Shown: positions 8,830 to 18,305 of the stretch, piece after piece | How positions within the stretch are numbered: position 1 is the first letter of the stretch | How the letters are laid out: each line of letters begins with the position of its first letter | Virus genome (UHGV): UHGV-1370579 | From: a virus | Length of the DNA stretch: 64,000 bases | Strand: one strand, 5' to 3' | Made by a program: the position numbers and the translations under genes | Notes under the pieces: model-generated | The model's database searches: none | Seen by the model: the letters and a program-made list of their open reading frames with translations, nothing else | What the model was told of the DNA's origin: nothing

Positions 8830-9246
8830 ATGTTTGCAGAACTATTCACTATGATGCTGCTAGGTATCTGGAAAATAAGTCTAGTAGTATTCGTTTTAAT
8901 GATAGTCTTTACTATCATTGCATTAACTACCCGAAATAGCTTATTAATAAAGGTTATTCACGGACTAGAGTATATAATTATGGGTTCATTCGGCGTTTGT
9001 AAATGCAATTGCCATAGAGATACGAAATATTGTTGGTTATGGATGGAACTAGAGAATCCTATATCCATAGCTTTGGCTGTTTCATTCGGTATGATTCTTA
9101 TGGCCCTTACTCTAGCATTAATACCTTTGATGTTAGCTGGGGGAGTTACAGCGTATTTCACCCTTTTCTCCCCGATACTTATGTACTCAATTTACCCAAT
9201 AACTATGTATCTAGTTAGGAAAAGATTTATACATGCAGTAGATTAA
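8830..9246 (+). CDS. multi-pass membrane protein
   Basis: ORF track; several hydrophobic helices. Confidence 0.45.
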   Translation: MFAELFTMMLLGIWKISLVVFVLMIVFTIIALTTRNSLLIKVIHGLEYIIMGSFGVCKCNCHRDTKYCWLWMELENPISIALAVSFGMILMALTLALIPLMLAGGVTAYFTLFSPILMYSIYPITMYLVRKRFIHAVD

Positions 9247-9259
9247 GATAAAAAAGTAG

Positions 9260-9288
9260 TTGACTTTCCGCTGAAATTTTTATATAAT
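9260..9288 (+). promoter_or_regulatory. early promoter TTGACT-17-TATAAT
   Basis: consensus; followed by a TATAAATTGA leader. Confidence 0.65.
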
Positions 9289-9321
9289 ATTTGTATAAAT
9301 TGAATCAGAGGAGTTTCACAA

Positions 9322-9732
9322 ATGTCAGATCGTTACTATACTCAGATGGCTAACCATTACAATATGGCTCCGTATGAATTGAACATCGCATTACGTGACC
9401 TCGATTCACCAGAGCGTGCAAAACTTGAGAAAAAGGCGGGAATTCGTATGTCTAGCAAGGGCAAGAAACTTACTCGTATTGACTTAAATACCATGCTAAT
9501 GGAAGAGCTTGGCGTGAATATTGAAGGTCAGAAGTTGCCTCTCAATGTTCTTGAAACGATGCTGGATAAAGTCAAAAAGAAAACCTATAAGAAAGTACAA
9601 GTACCGGAAGGCAGGCTAAAAGCCCCTTATCAGGCTGCTGTATCTGAGTGCTTAGGTGCTACCTTAGATCTTAGCACTGCAACTGTTAAAGTGATGAAGG
9701 CATTTTTGGAGGCCATTAATAAACATGAGTAA
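9322..9732 (+). CDS. hypothetical protein (136 aa)
   Basis: ORF track; RBS GAGGAG. Confidence 0.5.
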   Translation: MSDRYYTQMANHYNMAPYELNIALRDLDSPERAKLEKKAGIRMSSKGKKLTRIDLNTMLMEELGVNIEGQKLPLNVLETMLDKVKKKTYKKVQVPEGRLKAPYQAAVSECLGATLDLSTATVKVMKAFLEAINKHE

Positions 9733-10015
9733 ATTAGTATATCTATTAAAGGGATCTACCTGCAATCCGTGCAAAATGTTCGAGCCTGTATTCGATAAAG
9801 TAGTACAGGACTACAGTCTAGAAGTTCATAAAGAGACTGATAACACAGAACTTATGCAGAAATTTGGCGTTCGTCAGGTTCCTGTAGTAGTTCTAGCAGA
9901 TCGTCTCCCTAATGGTCGTGTGGAAGCCAACCACATTCTGATTGGTCGTCAGCTTCGTAAAGAAACTATGCACGATGCAATCAAAAACTTCCTGGAAGAT
10001 AATCCAGAAGATTAA
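9725..10015 (+). CDS. thioredoxin/glutaredoxin-like protein (CNPC)
   Basis: CxxC redox motif (STCNPCKMF) in a ~96 aa protein. Confidence 0.55.
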   Translation: MSKLVYLLKGSTCNPCKMFEPVFDKVVQDYSLEVHKETDNTELMQKFGVRQVPVVVLADRLPNGRVEANHILIGRQLRKETMHDAIKNFLEDNPED

Positions 10016-10023
10016 TAAATCCA

Positions 10024-10053
10024 ACCCAGATCTTAGCTGATCTGGGTTTTTTA
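10024..10053 (+). terminator. rho-independent terminator
   Basis: ACCCAGATC...GATCTGGGT plus TTTTTT. Confidence 0.8.
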
Positions 10054-10057
10054 TTAC

Positions 10058-10086
10058 TTGCTTTCTGCTAAAAATTTTGATATAAT
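10058..10086 (+). promoter_or_regulatory. early promoter TTGCTT-17-TATAAT
   Basis: consensus; leader TATAAATTGATGAGAGGAG. Confidence 0.65.
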
Positions 10087-10117
10087 ATATGTATAAATTG
10101 ATGAGAGGAGTATCACA

Positions 10118-10498
10118 TTGAATTACGCATATCTTATAATACATAACAACGTAGTTTGTGGTACTCGCGCTGTTGAGATGGGTATTACAGAAGAAAAGTA
10201 TAACTCTTTGTCTAAATCGGAGCAAGAATACTATGTTGAGCAAGCTGCTTGGGAATATGCTGATGTATATCCCAAAGAACGTGAAGGTCGCATTACTATT
10301 GTTGTATCTTTGGGCTTGGTTGGCGCTGATACCGAAGTTGATACAGATTTAGAAACGCTTGAAGAGTGGGAAGAATTAGATATTGGTGAACAAAACGCTA
10401 TTATCAAAACATCTTTCTGGGAAGCAGTAGCCTGCCATGTAGTCTTTGAGCCTAACGATAACGAAGCTGAAAAGCACACTAATTGGATGACTCGATAA
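10118..10498 (+). CDS. hypothetical acidic protein (TTG start)
   Basis: ORF track. Confidence 0.45.
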   Translation: MNYAYLIIHNNVVCGTRAVEMGITEEKYNSLSKSEQEYYVEQAAWEYADVYPKEREGRITIVVSLGLVGADTEVDTDLETLEEWEELDIGEQNAIIKTSFWEAVACHVVFEPNDNEAEKHTNWMTR

Positions 10499-11361
10499 TG
10501 AAAAAAGAATTTAACCTGCACGAAATGTTAGTAGTACCAGACGATGTTAACCTGTTCTTCGTAGGTGATATTCATGGTTGCCATGATATGCTGGAAGATG
10601 CTCTCAAACTGGCTGATTATAAAGATCGTCGTGATTATGTTATCTGTGTTGGCGATCTAATTGACCGTGGTAAGCAGAACTTACAGGTTCTAGCGAAGTT
10701 TCTTTATAATCCACGCTTCCGCAGCGTTCGTGGTAATCATGATCAGTTCATGATTGGTGGTGATTATGCCAACTGGATGTATAATGGTGGTAGCTGGGCC
10801 ATGAATGATATGGATACCGATACTATTAAAGGTATCGCAGCAGATATGGATGAAAAACTTCCAGTATTCCTGACTGTCCTGCACCGTGGTAAGAAATATG
10901 GTGTTGTTCATGGTGGTATCCCTTTCCAGTATAAGGATAATGGGAATGCTGTATGTACACCTAACTGGAATACTATTATTCAAACTATCGAAGCAAGCAA
11001 ATTTGATAAGAATGATCATCCAGCGTACTACATTGAGCCTTATCTGTGGGATCGTGACGTAATTCAGGAAATTGGGTTCAATCTGGCACGTCAAGGTGCT
11101 ACAGATGAATATTTCCAGCGTTTTGCTAGCTTTAAGGCAGAATTAGTGATGGAAGTGCCTCCGGTTAATGGCGTGGATTTTGTATTCCACGGCCATACGG
11201 GTGTTCCTTATCCAATTCTGTATCAGAACCGTGTTTACCTCGATACTGGCGGTGTTTTCAACGGCAAGTTGACGGTTGCGCAAGTTAGTGATGATGCTAA
11301 CAAAATTATAACATTCACTACAGACCGTGATGATAGCTGTGGTGTACAGAGGATTCTATAA
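10483..11361 (+). CDS. Ser/Thr protein phosphatase (calcineurin-like metallophosphatase)
   Basis: GDIHG, GDLIDRG and GNHD motifs. Confidence 0.85.
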   Translation: MDDSIMKKEFNLHEMLVVPDDVNLFFVGDIHGCHDMLEDALKLADYKDRRDYVICVGDLIDRGKQNLQVLAKFLYNPRFRSVRGNHDQFMIGGDYANWMYNGGSWAMNDMDTDTIKGIAADMDEKLPVFLTVLHRGKKYGVVHGGIPFQYKDNGNAVCTPNWNTIIQTIEASKFDKNDHPAYYIEPYLWDRDVIQEIGFNLARQGATDEYFQRFASFKAELVMEVPPVNGVDFVFHGHTGVPYPILYQNRVYLDTGGVFNGKLTVAQVSDDANKIITFTTDRDDSCGVQRIL

Positions 11362-11717
11362 TGAAACGTGATTTTGATAGATATGTATGTGTAAAGAACT
11401 CCCACGCTAAAGAAGCTCTCACCAAAGAAGAGCACAAAGAGCTTTACATACTAGCTATGAAGGTTGCTGCTTGGCGTAAACAAGTAGGAAAAACCCCATT
11501 TGAGTGTGTAGTAGTAGAGCATGATTGGCCTGAGTATGAAGAAGTATGGAAGATGATTGAGAATCGTGTTGAATTTGAACAAGCACGACATGAAGAACTT
11601 GACAAAGGATACCAAGAGGCGAAAGAGCATCATGAGGTTTATGATGAAATATTCAAACTTCGTGGTATCAGTAGCTACTGTCAAGGGTGGAACAAATATG
11701 CAGAGGAAGTTCTATAA
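11361..11717 (+). CDS. hypothetical protein (118 aa)
   Basis: ORF track. Confidence 0.5.
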   Translation: MKRDFDRYVCVKNSHAKEALTKEEHKELYILAMKVAAWRKQVGKTPFECVVVEHDWPEYEEVWKMIENRVEFEQARHEELDKGYQEAKEHHEVYDEIFKLRGISSYCQGWNKYAEEVL

Positions 11718-11889
11718 CGAAAGTTATATTCTGGTTGTATCTAAAATTGATGCTGGAGATTTAGCGATGGGAGTTCATAATGTTTGATTTTGATGGAATG
11801 GCTCGTGAAGTATTTATTGCGATAGCAATAGTAGTTATTATCTCTTTCTTTATAGGCCTAGGCTTAGGCCTTTTATTTTAAAACTTCAT

Positions 11890-11918
11890 TTGCTAAAACG
11901 CTTAGTTTTCTGTATAAT
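11890..11918 (+). promoter_or_regulatory. early promoter TTGCTA-17-TATAAT
   Basis: consensus; leader TTTATAAATTGATGAGAAGG. Confidence 0.65.
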
Positions 11919-11948
11919 TACTTTATAAATTGATGAGAAGGAAACAAA

Positions 11949-12380
11949 ATGAACAAAGTTGATAAAGCTCTAGTTTTCGCAGCAGCAGATAAGTTTGAAC
12001 AAGTTAAGGCAACTTTCCGAACCTTGTTCCAGTCTTACGTTCAAGATAAGTCTAATCCTATCTCTGAACGTTTGATGGTCTGGGAATGTCATGCTTGCAA
12101 TGCCCTATTAATTGCGGACTATCGTAGCGATATAGATAAAGATCTGTGCGAAATTCTTATCGCTGAGGAGGCAGAACGTTATCAGTTAATCTCTTTCCAA
12201 GATTTGGCGGAGCATATCATTCCTGATGATCTTTGGGATAAATACTATGGTGATCCTGAAGATGAAGGAATGACTCCAGAAGCCTGTATTGAGCTGATCT
12301 GCAAAAATCATCCTGAAATTGCAGAGAAATTTGAAAAAGTTTTTGCTTCTGAGTTCTCCGGCGTTGTTAACGATTGGTAA
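11949..12380 (+). CDS. hypothetical protein (143 aa)
   Basis: ORF track. Confidence 0.5.
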   Translation: MNKVDKALVFAAADKFEQVKATFRTLFQSYVQDKSNPISERLMVWECHACNALLIADYRSDIDKDLCEILIAEEAERYQLISFQDLAEHIIPDDLWDKYYGDPEDEGMTPEACIELICKNHPEIAEKFEKVFASEFSGVVNDW

Positions 12381-12397
12381 ATAATTAAAAAATTCAG

Positions 12398-12426
12398 TTG
12401 CTTTAAACCTTAAAATTCTGTATAAT
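12398..12426 (+). promoter_or_regulatory. PN25-like early promoter TTGCTT-17-TATAAT
   Basis: Near-identical to the recalled T5 PN25 (...TTCTGTATAATAgATTCATAAATTtGAGAGAGGAG). Confidence 0.7.
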
Positions 12427-12440
12427 AAGTTCATAAATTA

Positions 12441-12710
12441 ATGAGAGAGGAAATTCTAATGGAAAACATGACTAAAACTGAAATGGCTAACGTTCTGGCA
12501 ATTCTCCTCGACATGCAGGGTTTTGAGGGTCAGCTCATGAAGATGTCTATTCCGGCAATGAAAAAGATGTATGATTCTCTGAATAAGAATGCTATGGCAT
12601 TCAACCTCGCTAAACAGGAAGCACGTTTTGCGAAAGAACATCAGGCAACTGCCGAACGTCGTGCAGCATCTTTTGAGCGTGAAGTTAAGCAACTGAAAGG
12701 TAAGAAATAA
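12441..12710 (+). CDS. hypothetical protein (89 aa)
   Basis: ORF track. Confidence 0.5.
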   Translation: MREEILMENMTKTEMANVLAILLDMQGFEGQLMKMSIPAMKKMYDSLNKNAMAFNLAKQEARFAKEHQATAERRAASFEREVKQLKGKK

Positions 12711-12874
12711 TGGAAAGGGTATCAATTTCAATACTGTCATTCCTTATAGGAATACTAATATATAATATAGTTGCTCTTAACGTACACTTAACTGAGGTAG
12801 ACAAATCTCTCCATGAGTTAAATGTAGAAATGTGTAAATTAGTCCCGGATAACGAAAAATGTAGGGGTATTTAA
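12710..12874 (+). CDS. small membrane protein (54 aa), not in the ORF track
   Basis: ATG overlaps the preceding stop (ATAATG); hydrophobic; fills the inter-ORF gap. Confidence 0.3.
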   Translation: MERVSISILSFLIGILIYNIVALNVHLTEVDKSLHELNVEMCKLVPDNEKCRGI

Positions 12875-13155
12875 TGTTAATTGAAATTCTCATTGGACTA
12901 CTAGTTCTTATGACACTAGCAGCGATTGGTGGGATTATTGGTATTGTAAGCATGCGAAAAAATATAGAGAGTATGCTTACCACTAATAGTGGACTTCACT
13001 GCCGCTTAATAGAACAAGAACAAGATATTGAACTAGCACAAAGACGCTCAGATATTCTAAAAGAAAAACTAAACAATATTGAAGCAATAGCTGGGAATAC
13101 AAAATTACCTAATAAAGTAATGCGTGCACAGATAATTACGGAGATTAAAAAATGA
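12874..13155 (+). CDS. small membrane protein
   Basis: ORF track. Confidence 0.45.
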   Translation: MLIEILIGLLVLMTLAAIGGIIGIVSMRKNIESMLTTNSGLHCRLIEQEQDIELAQRRSDILKEKLNNIEAIAGNTKLPNKVMRAQIITEIKK

Positions 13156-13397
13156 TGATGTTTATTCTCGCATTTTATTTGATTGTGGTTGGTGTACTAG
13201 TCACTAAGTACCACACATGGATGCCAAAGAATGTTGTTAAGGTAGCTTTATTTGTTATTCCAGTTCCACTTATTATCTTTTCTATGTTACTGGTGATGTT
13301 AGTTGGTAAAGTAACAAAAACCGATATTAAACGAATTGCGGATGAATTGCAACAGTCTTGTGATATGGTAGAGGACATTCTTAAAGATGAAGCTTAA
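13152..13397 (+). CDS. small membrane protein
   Basis: ORF track. Confidence 0.45.
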   Translation: MMMFILAFYLIVVGVLVTKYHTWMPKNVVKVALFVIPVPLIIFSMLLVMLVGKVTKTDIKRIADELQQSCDMVEDILKDEA

Positions 13398-13713
13398 TTT
13401 TAATGAATTAAATACCTTACATGAGATATTACAGTTTGTGAATAATAATATTAGTATTCCAGATGATACACTAGAAGTTCTCATGTTAATCGAGAAAAAG
13501 GTAGGGGTTGAAATTGAGGATTCTTGGAAACCACTTTCTGTATTAACACCTCTTAATATGAAAGTGATTGTTAAAAATATTGAAACTGGTGAAGAGTGTG
13601 AAATGACTCGTAAAGAATTAGCTAACAGCTATTCACCAGAGTCTGTAGTAATGCACCACAGTGATACCTCTACGGTTCTACAGACAGCTAATTATGTATG
13701 GCGTCTCCCATGA
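13387..13713 (+). CDS. hypothetical protein (108 aa)
   Basis: ORF track. Confidence 0.45.
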   Translation: MKLNFNELNTLHEILQFVNNNISIPDDTLEVLMLIEKKVGVEIEDSWKPLSVLTPLNMKVIVKNIETGEECEMTRKELANSYSPESVVMHHSDTSTVLQTANYVWRLP

Positions 13714-13812
13714 TTGATTTAGTACCGATTACTGCGGGGCTAATAGCACTATTAGTGCTCGCAGTTTTCATTATTGTGGAGCAGGCCAAAGTAATAAGGA
13801 GACTTAAAAACA

Positions 13813-14013
13813 ATGATAAAACGTCTTGTTTATCAGGCACCAAAGATTGTAACTGAGTATTTTGTATTACTTCCTCAGATTGTATTTCTAACAGCATTAT
13901 TTAATATACTTTTTCGACATCTAGGAATAACGGAAAATATATTCTACACTTCTGGGTTACTTCCTTTTATGTACGAAGGCATCATTATGGCAATTAACGG
14001 GGTTCGTAAATGA
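13813..14013 (+). CDS. small membrane protein
   Basis: ORF track; an overlapping alternative small ORF from 13710 also exists. Confidence 0.3.
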   Translation: MIKRLVYQAPKIVTEYFVLLPQIVFLTALFNILFRHLGITENIFYTSGLLPFMYEGIIMAINGVRK

Positions 14014-14471
14014 CAGCACTACAACAACTACAGAATTATTGGTTTGATAACCAATTTAACGATCTCTTCATCCAGTTATTTGTCGAAACGAATGGACGCT
14101 TCAATTACCGATTCTTTAATAAGTTTCATGAAACAAAGTTCTCACATACAGAAATTAATGCAGCGATTCAAGACTTAACAGGTTCTAAAGTAATTCAATA
14201 TCGCGAAGTAGACTTTACACCAGATTGTTTTGGATTTGAATTGTTTAAGAAAGCGTATAAATTTGGTAAGTTTGAAGATGCTCGTCAATGGGTTCACGAT
14301 TTTTGGTATAACACCGATATTGTTCCTAGTCGCGTGCTGATTCTTAACTGGATTGCTAAGCAACATCCACCTAAAACGCAATCATCCTTCTTACCCACAG
14401 ATACAGGAAACCTCTACCATGACAGAAAAGAAAAATCCATTATTGGAGCAGATGAAGGAGTGGGAGAGTAA
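14010..14471 (+). CDS. hypothetical protein (153 aa)
   Basis: ORF track. Confidence 0.45.
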   Translation: MTALQQLQNYWFDNQFNDLFIQLFVETNGRFNYRFFNKFHETKFSHTEINAAIQDLTGSKVIQYREVDFTPDCFGFELFKKAYKFGKFEDARQWVHDFWYNTDIVPSRVLILNWIAKQHPPKTQSSFLPTDTGNLYHDRKEKSIIGADEGVGE

Positions 14472-14790
14472 TATTGAAACTGGTCTAATAGACGGTGAAG
14501 ATATTGTTAACTCCATGCTAGAAGTAACAGTAGATAATATTAATCCTATTTTGGCTGGAGAAACCTCAGATCTTATAGGACTCTCTAGCACATTTGATTC
14601 TTTGGCTAAATTAGCTTTAGACGATGAAGAGATAACCAAAGAAGATCTCGCTACAGCTATGAATATGGCTATTAATGCTTACATCAGTAAACGTACTGAT
14701 GAACTTGGTAAACAGATCAATAAGCGTGATACTACGCTAGGTCTTATGGAAATGGCCACTATGTTAAGAAGTGGTAAACAACTTCATTAA
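14419..14790 (+). CDS. hypothetical acidic protein
   Basis: ORF track (14353); start placed at MTEKK after AGGAAA. Confidence 0.4.
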   Translation: MTEKKNPLLEQMKEWESNIETGLIDGEDIVNSMLEVTVDNINPILAGETSDLIGLSSTFDSLAKLALDDEEITKEDLATAMNMAINAYISKRTDELGKQINKRDTTLGLMEMATMLRSGKQLH

Positions 14791-14798
14791 TTTTAGGA

Positions 14799-14827
14799 GG
14801 CCAGGACTTAATTGTTCTGGCCTTTTA
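14799..14827 (+). terminator. rho-independent terminator
   Basis: GGCCAG...CTGGCC plus TTTT. Confidence 0.7.
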
Positions 14828-14846
14828 TGTTTTCAAGGAACTTCAA

Positions 14847-15050
14847 ATGCAAGTATATGTCCTTACTAGAGATATAAATGAATATAATCAGGATGGTGAG
14901 TATTTTGTAAAAGTATTCGCTGAAAAGCCAAGTAAACAACAATTATTAGATGCTGGAGTACCGGAAGACCAGGCTAAGTGTTTACTACAAGATAAAGAGT
15001 TTACTGGGGATGCTTACGAATGTTTCCACCTTAGTTGTGAGAGTATCTAA
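14847..15050 (+). CDS. hypothetical protein (67 aa)
   Basis: ORF track. Confidence 0.4.
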   Translation: MQVYVLTRDINEYNQDGEYFVKVFAEKPSKQQLLDAGVPEDQAKCLLQDKEFTGDAYECFHLSCESI

Positions 15051-15053
15051 TAT

Positions 15054-15498
15054 GAGAGAGAAAGTAAATGAACTATTAATCGAGGAAGCTAACAACTTTC
15101 CAATAAATAGGTTCATCAAATCGGATGGATCTATTAATAGAACTAAGATTAAGCAACTACACCCCGACTTTCAACAAGAAGCCTTAAACCTTATATTTAT
15201 CAAGAAAGCTATTGCAGCTCATGGAGCTTTCTTCGGGTATGAGCGTGTAAATTATAAAACAATGCAGCAGCAAGTCGAGATCTATTGTCCAGACCACGAT
15301 GGTTATTACTGGCAAACTGCTAGATCTCATTTAGAAGGGCATGGTTGTCGACTGTGTGCACACAAGGTTGTGCAGCGTGTCACGGATTATGGAACTTATA
15401 CCGTACCAGCATGTTACCATAAATTTGTAATTGACGATAATCATATAGTTTGGTATAATAAGTTTTCAAAGCTAAGAATGGAGATAAGTAGTGAGTAG
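15054..15498 (+). CDS. zinc-ribbon protein (C..HDGYYW...GHGCRLC) related to the homing-endonuclease-associated family
   Basis: Shares the C-x2-GH-x-W...G-x-GC-x2-C motif with the 39827 and 35224 ORFs. Confidence 0.45.
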
Positions 15499-15781
15499 CT
15501 ATATTGTATGGTCAAACCCACTAGCAGCACTTAGCAACAGACTGTTTAAAACAGAGTGGGGTAAAAACGAAATAGACTTAGGTAGTCGTCCAATACCAAA
15601 CAAACATCCCTTAGTTCCAGAGCTGTATATGGTAGTGATAAATGGCGCGGAGTATTTGGTTGATAAATTTGACAGAAAACGTTTACTAGAGGGTATCTAC
15701 GATAATTCTACATCAATAAATGAATTAGTAGAACATGCCCAAATATATGATAAAAGCTGGATGTTAATATGGAGATCATAG
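15491..15781 (+). CDS. hypothetical protein (96 aa)
   Basis: ORF track. Confidence 0.45.
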   Translation: MSSYIVWSNPLAALSNRLFKTEWGKNEIDLGSRPIPNKHPLVPELYMVVINGAEYLVDKFDRKRLLEGIYDNSTSINELVEHAQIYDKSWMLIWRS

Positions 15782-16002
15782 TAATTATTTTAGCAGTTAT
15801 GTTATTTATTGCAACATTTGTATCATTTGCTATTATACGCAGAGCTAGAGAACTAGCGGAAGATATAACAAAATTACGTGGTGAGTTAGCTGCTCTTAAA
15901 TTACAGCGTGAGGCTTTAAAGTTGTTTGTAGCTCAAGGTAGCCTAGAACATACAACAGAAGACTTCATCACGTATCTCAAACGTTACATGGGAATTAAAT
16001 AA
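15769..16002 (+). CDS. small membrane / coiled-coil protein
   Basis: ORF track. Confidence 0.4.
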   Translation: MEIIVIILAVMLFIATFVSFAIIRRARELAEDITKLRGELAALKLQREALKLFVAQGSLEHTTEDFITYLKRYMGIK

Positions 16003-16187
16003 TGGAAACTCTTTTTCTTTTAATGCTTGTAGGTTCCCTGCTAGTTATACTAGCACTTCTACTAATCTGTAATATTCTTAATAATAAGAATTTAGAGTTA
16101 AAGTGTGAAAACCAAATTCTTAATCGTGAACTTAAACAATATAATCTAGCAGCGAATAAGCTGTTAGACAAACTGGAGAATAAATAA
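16002..16187 (+). CDS. small membrane protein
   Basis: ORF track. Confidence 0.4.
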   Translation: METLFLLMLVGSLLVILALLLICNILNNKNLELKCENQILNRELKQYNLAANKLLDKLENK

Positions 16188-16741
16188 TGACTTTATATGC
16201 ACAACAATCTATTCAAGTAGTACCAGATCATGAACTGAATACGTGGGATTATAGCTTTAAAGATTTAACTGCCACTGTACAATTCAAATCTATGAAGCTA
16301 ACCTTTGCACACACTAGTATTAAAGCATGTAAAGATTTTGAAGGTAGGCTCAACAACGCTCGTAAGATTTTTGGCAAGGCTCGCATTCCAGCTGACAACC
16401 TTATTAATGCATTAATAGATGCTGGTTATAAACTCGTGAAGACTGAGGTTAACCGTCCTAGTACTCCTGTGACTATTCGAGATCCGTGGCAGTCAGGGCC
16501 AATTACAATGTGGAACAGTCCTAAAATAACGTCGGATTTGCACAATGTTCCATGTGGTGGCGTTATAGAAAATAATTCCTCATATCGAGTTGGTGAAGAT
16601 TATGGGCCTTCTGTACAGTTGAAACATACTCAAGAAGCTTTTGAATCTGATATGAAAAGCGTAGCACCGGGGGACTCTGGAGTTTTTAATAAGTCTGTTT
16701 ATACTATTCCTATGAACAATCCTGTAAGAGTGGAAGTCTAG
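16187..16741 (+). CDS. hypothetical protein (184 aa); contains one GTCGGATTTGCACA iteron copy
   Basis: ORF track. Confidence 0.5.
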   Translation: MTLYAQQSIQVVPDHELNTWDYSFKDLTATVQFKSMKLTFAHTSIKACKDFEGRLNNARKIFGKARIPADNLINALIDAGYKLVKTEVNRPSTPVTIRDPWQSGPITMWNSPKITSDLHNVPCGGVIENNSSYRVGEDYGPSVQLKHTQEAFESDMKSVAPGDSGVFNKSVYTIPMNNPVRVEV

Positions 16742-16876
16742 AAGATGCAATTATGGAAGCATTGGGAGATGCTCTTAATGAGAGTAAAAAGGATTAATAA
16801 TTCCTAATACACGAGCCTCTACGGAGGCTCTAAAATAAAAAGAGGGTCATCCAGACCTTAAAAATGGGAGATAATA

Positions 16877-17770
16877 ATGTATAACTTTAAAGATAAACTA
16901 AGACAAAATGCTGGCAAAGGAAAGGCAAAGGAGAATAATAGTGTTCCTAATGCTAAAGTACTTCCGTTTCCTGAACTATCTCAAGAAGAAAAAGATAAGT
17001 TAGCATTTATGTTTGATGCCCTTCTAGGGCTAAATGGACGTTTATATTCCTCACTCAATATTAATGAGAAACGTCTAGTAGAGATGTTCTGTAAGCGTTA
17101 TCAAGTTACTTCAAAGGGCAATTCCTACAAAGAAGGTGAAAAAGCATTCACAGTCTTAAAAATCAGTGCATATGCACATCGTTTCTTAGTTTATGGATTA
17201 CAGATGGAATACTTCACCATTCCACCCTTTAAGTCATTTCACATTTTTGAAGATGAACGAATGAATATTGATGATCTCTATGGAGATACGTACAAATATT
17301 CAGGAAGCCCATTCCACGATGCATTAAGGAGCTATCCAACTAACTATTTACCAGTTAGAGCATCTCAAGGTAAAGCTAGCATCTTTGCTGTATACTCAGG
17401 ATCTAAAGCATCTGATCTAGAAACTTATATATTTAAAGAGCGTAAATCTGTACTTCCAGATGAAGCATTATATAATAATCCATTGCTTCCAGAAAAAGAA
17501 CCAGAGAAAATTGATGTAACCCCACCAACCCCACCAATCCCATCTGATTCTCCGTACCTGAAGTTTGAAAACCATGTTGGATGGGTTCTAGAAATGGGTG
17601 TAGCTTCACCGCTTGCTGCAGCATTCATCAATAGGTATCTAGAAATTCCTGACGAGTTCCACACACGTTATAATACGAATATTCAGATTACAGATGAATT
17701 AATAGCCATTGCAAAAGGTACACCTACTGACACTGAGGCGTACCAAAAAGCATACCAAGAGTTACTGTAA
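16877..17770 (+). CDS. hypothetical protein (297 aa) with a Pro-rich linker
   Basis: ORF track. Confidence 0.55.
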   Translation: MYNFKDKLRQNAGKGKAKENNSVPNAKVLPFPELSQEEKDKLAFMFDALLGLNGRLYSSLNINEKRLVEMFCKRYQVTSKGNSYKEGEKAFTVLKISAYAHRFLVYGLQMEYFTIPPFKSFHIFEDERMNIDDLYGDTYKYSGSPFHDALRSYPTNYLPVRASQGKASIFAVYSGSKASDLETYIFKERKSVLPDEALYNNPLLPEKEPEKIDVTPPTPPIPSDSPYLKFENHVGWVLEMGVASPLAAAFINRYLEIPDEFHTRYNTNIQITDELIAIAKGTPTDTEAYQKAYQELL

Positions 17771-17780
17771 GATCCTGCAT

Positions 17781-17809
17781 GTCTCGGTGCACAATACCTG
17801 TACCGAGAC
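17781..17809 (+). terminator. hairpin (possible terminator, no T-run)
   Basis: GTCTCGGT...ACCGAGAC. Confidence 0.4.
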
Positions 17810-17826
17810 TCAAATACAAACTCTCG

Positions 17827-17855
17827 TTGACAGATAGCTAAATGTATGTTATCAT
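17827..17855 (+). promoter_or_regulatory. promoter TTGACA-17-TATCAT reading into the non-coding repeat region
   Basis: perfect -35, 17-bp spacer. Confidence 0.45.
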
Positions 17856-18192
17856 AACTCTATGAGTTAATAGAATTAACCATTTAGAGTTGCCACACAG
17901 AAGGTGTGGTGGTTCAGTAATTTAAAATTACTAACTTGTAGCGGAGGATACGGAGCGACAGGACAAGTTAATAAGTAATTTAATATAAATTGCTAGAAAC
18001 ATCACGAGACCTTCTGGCGGGGGCAAAGCTCTATATGAGAACCCTGGGGGATCTTATATTTAAAATAAAAGTAAAACTTTTGACCACATAATTTACATTC
18101 AAGATGATACACCTGTTGCCGCTCATCTGCTAGGATGGCACAACACTTTCTTCTAGACTCCTAAGTTTCTATGAAAACTCTAGTCAACTCAG

Positions 18193-18262
18193 GCGGTTTT
18201 CATATTCCTAGAAACTCTAGCAATAGGCGGTTAATATAGGGCGGTTATAGGGAGGGCGGTTA
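18193..18262 (+). repeat. GGCGGTT(A) x4 short direct repeats
   Basis: seen directly. Confidence 0.7.
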
Positions 18263-18305
18263 TTTCTAGGAGACATTTTTTGAAAACACATTTCCAGAAA
18301 TTACT

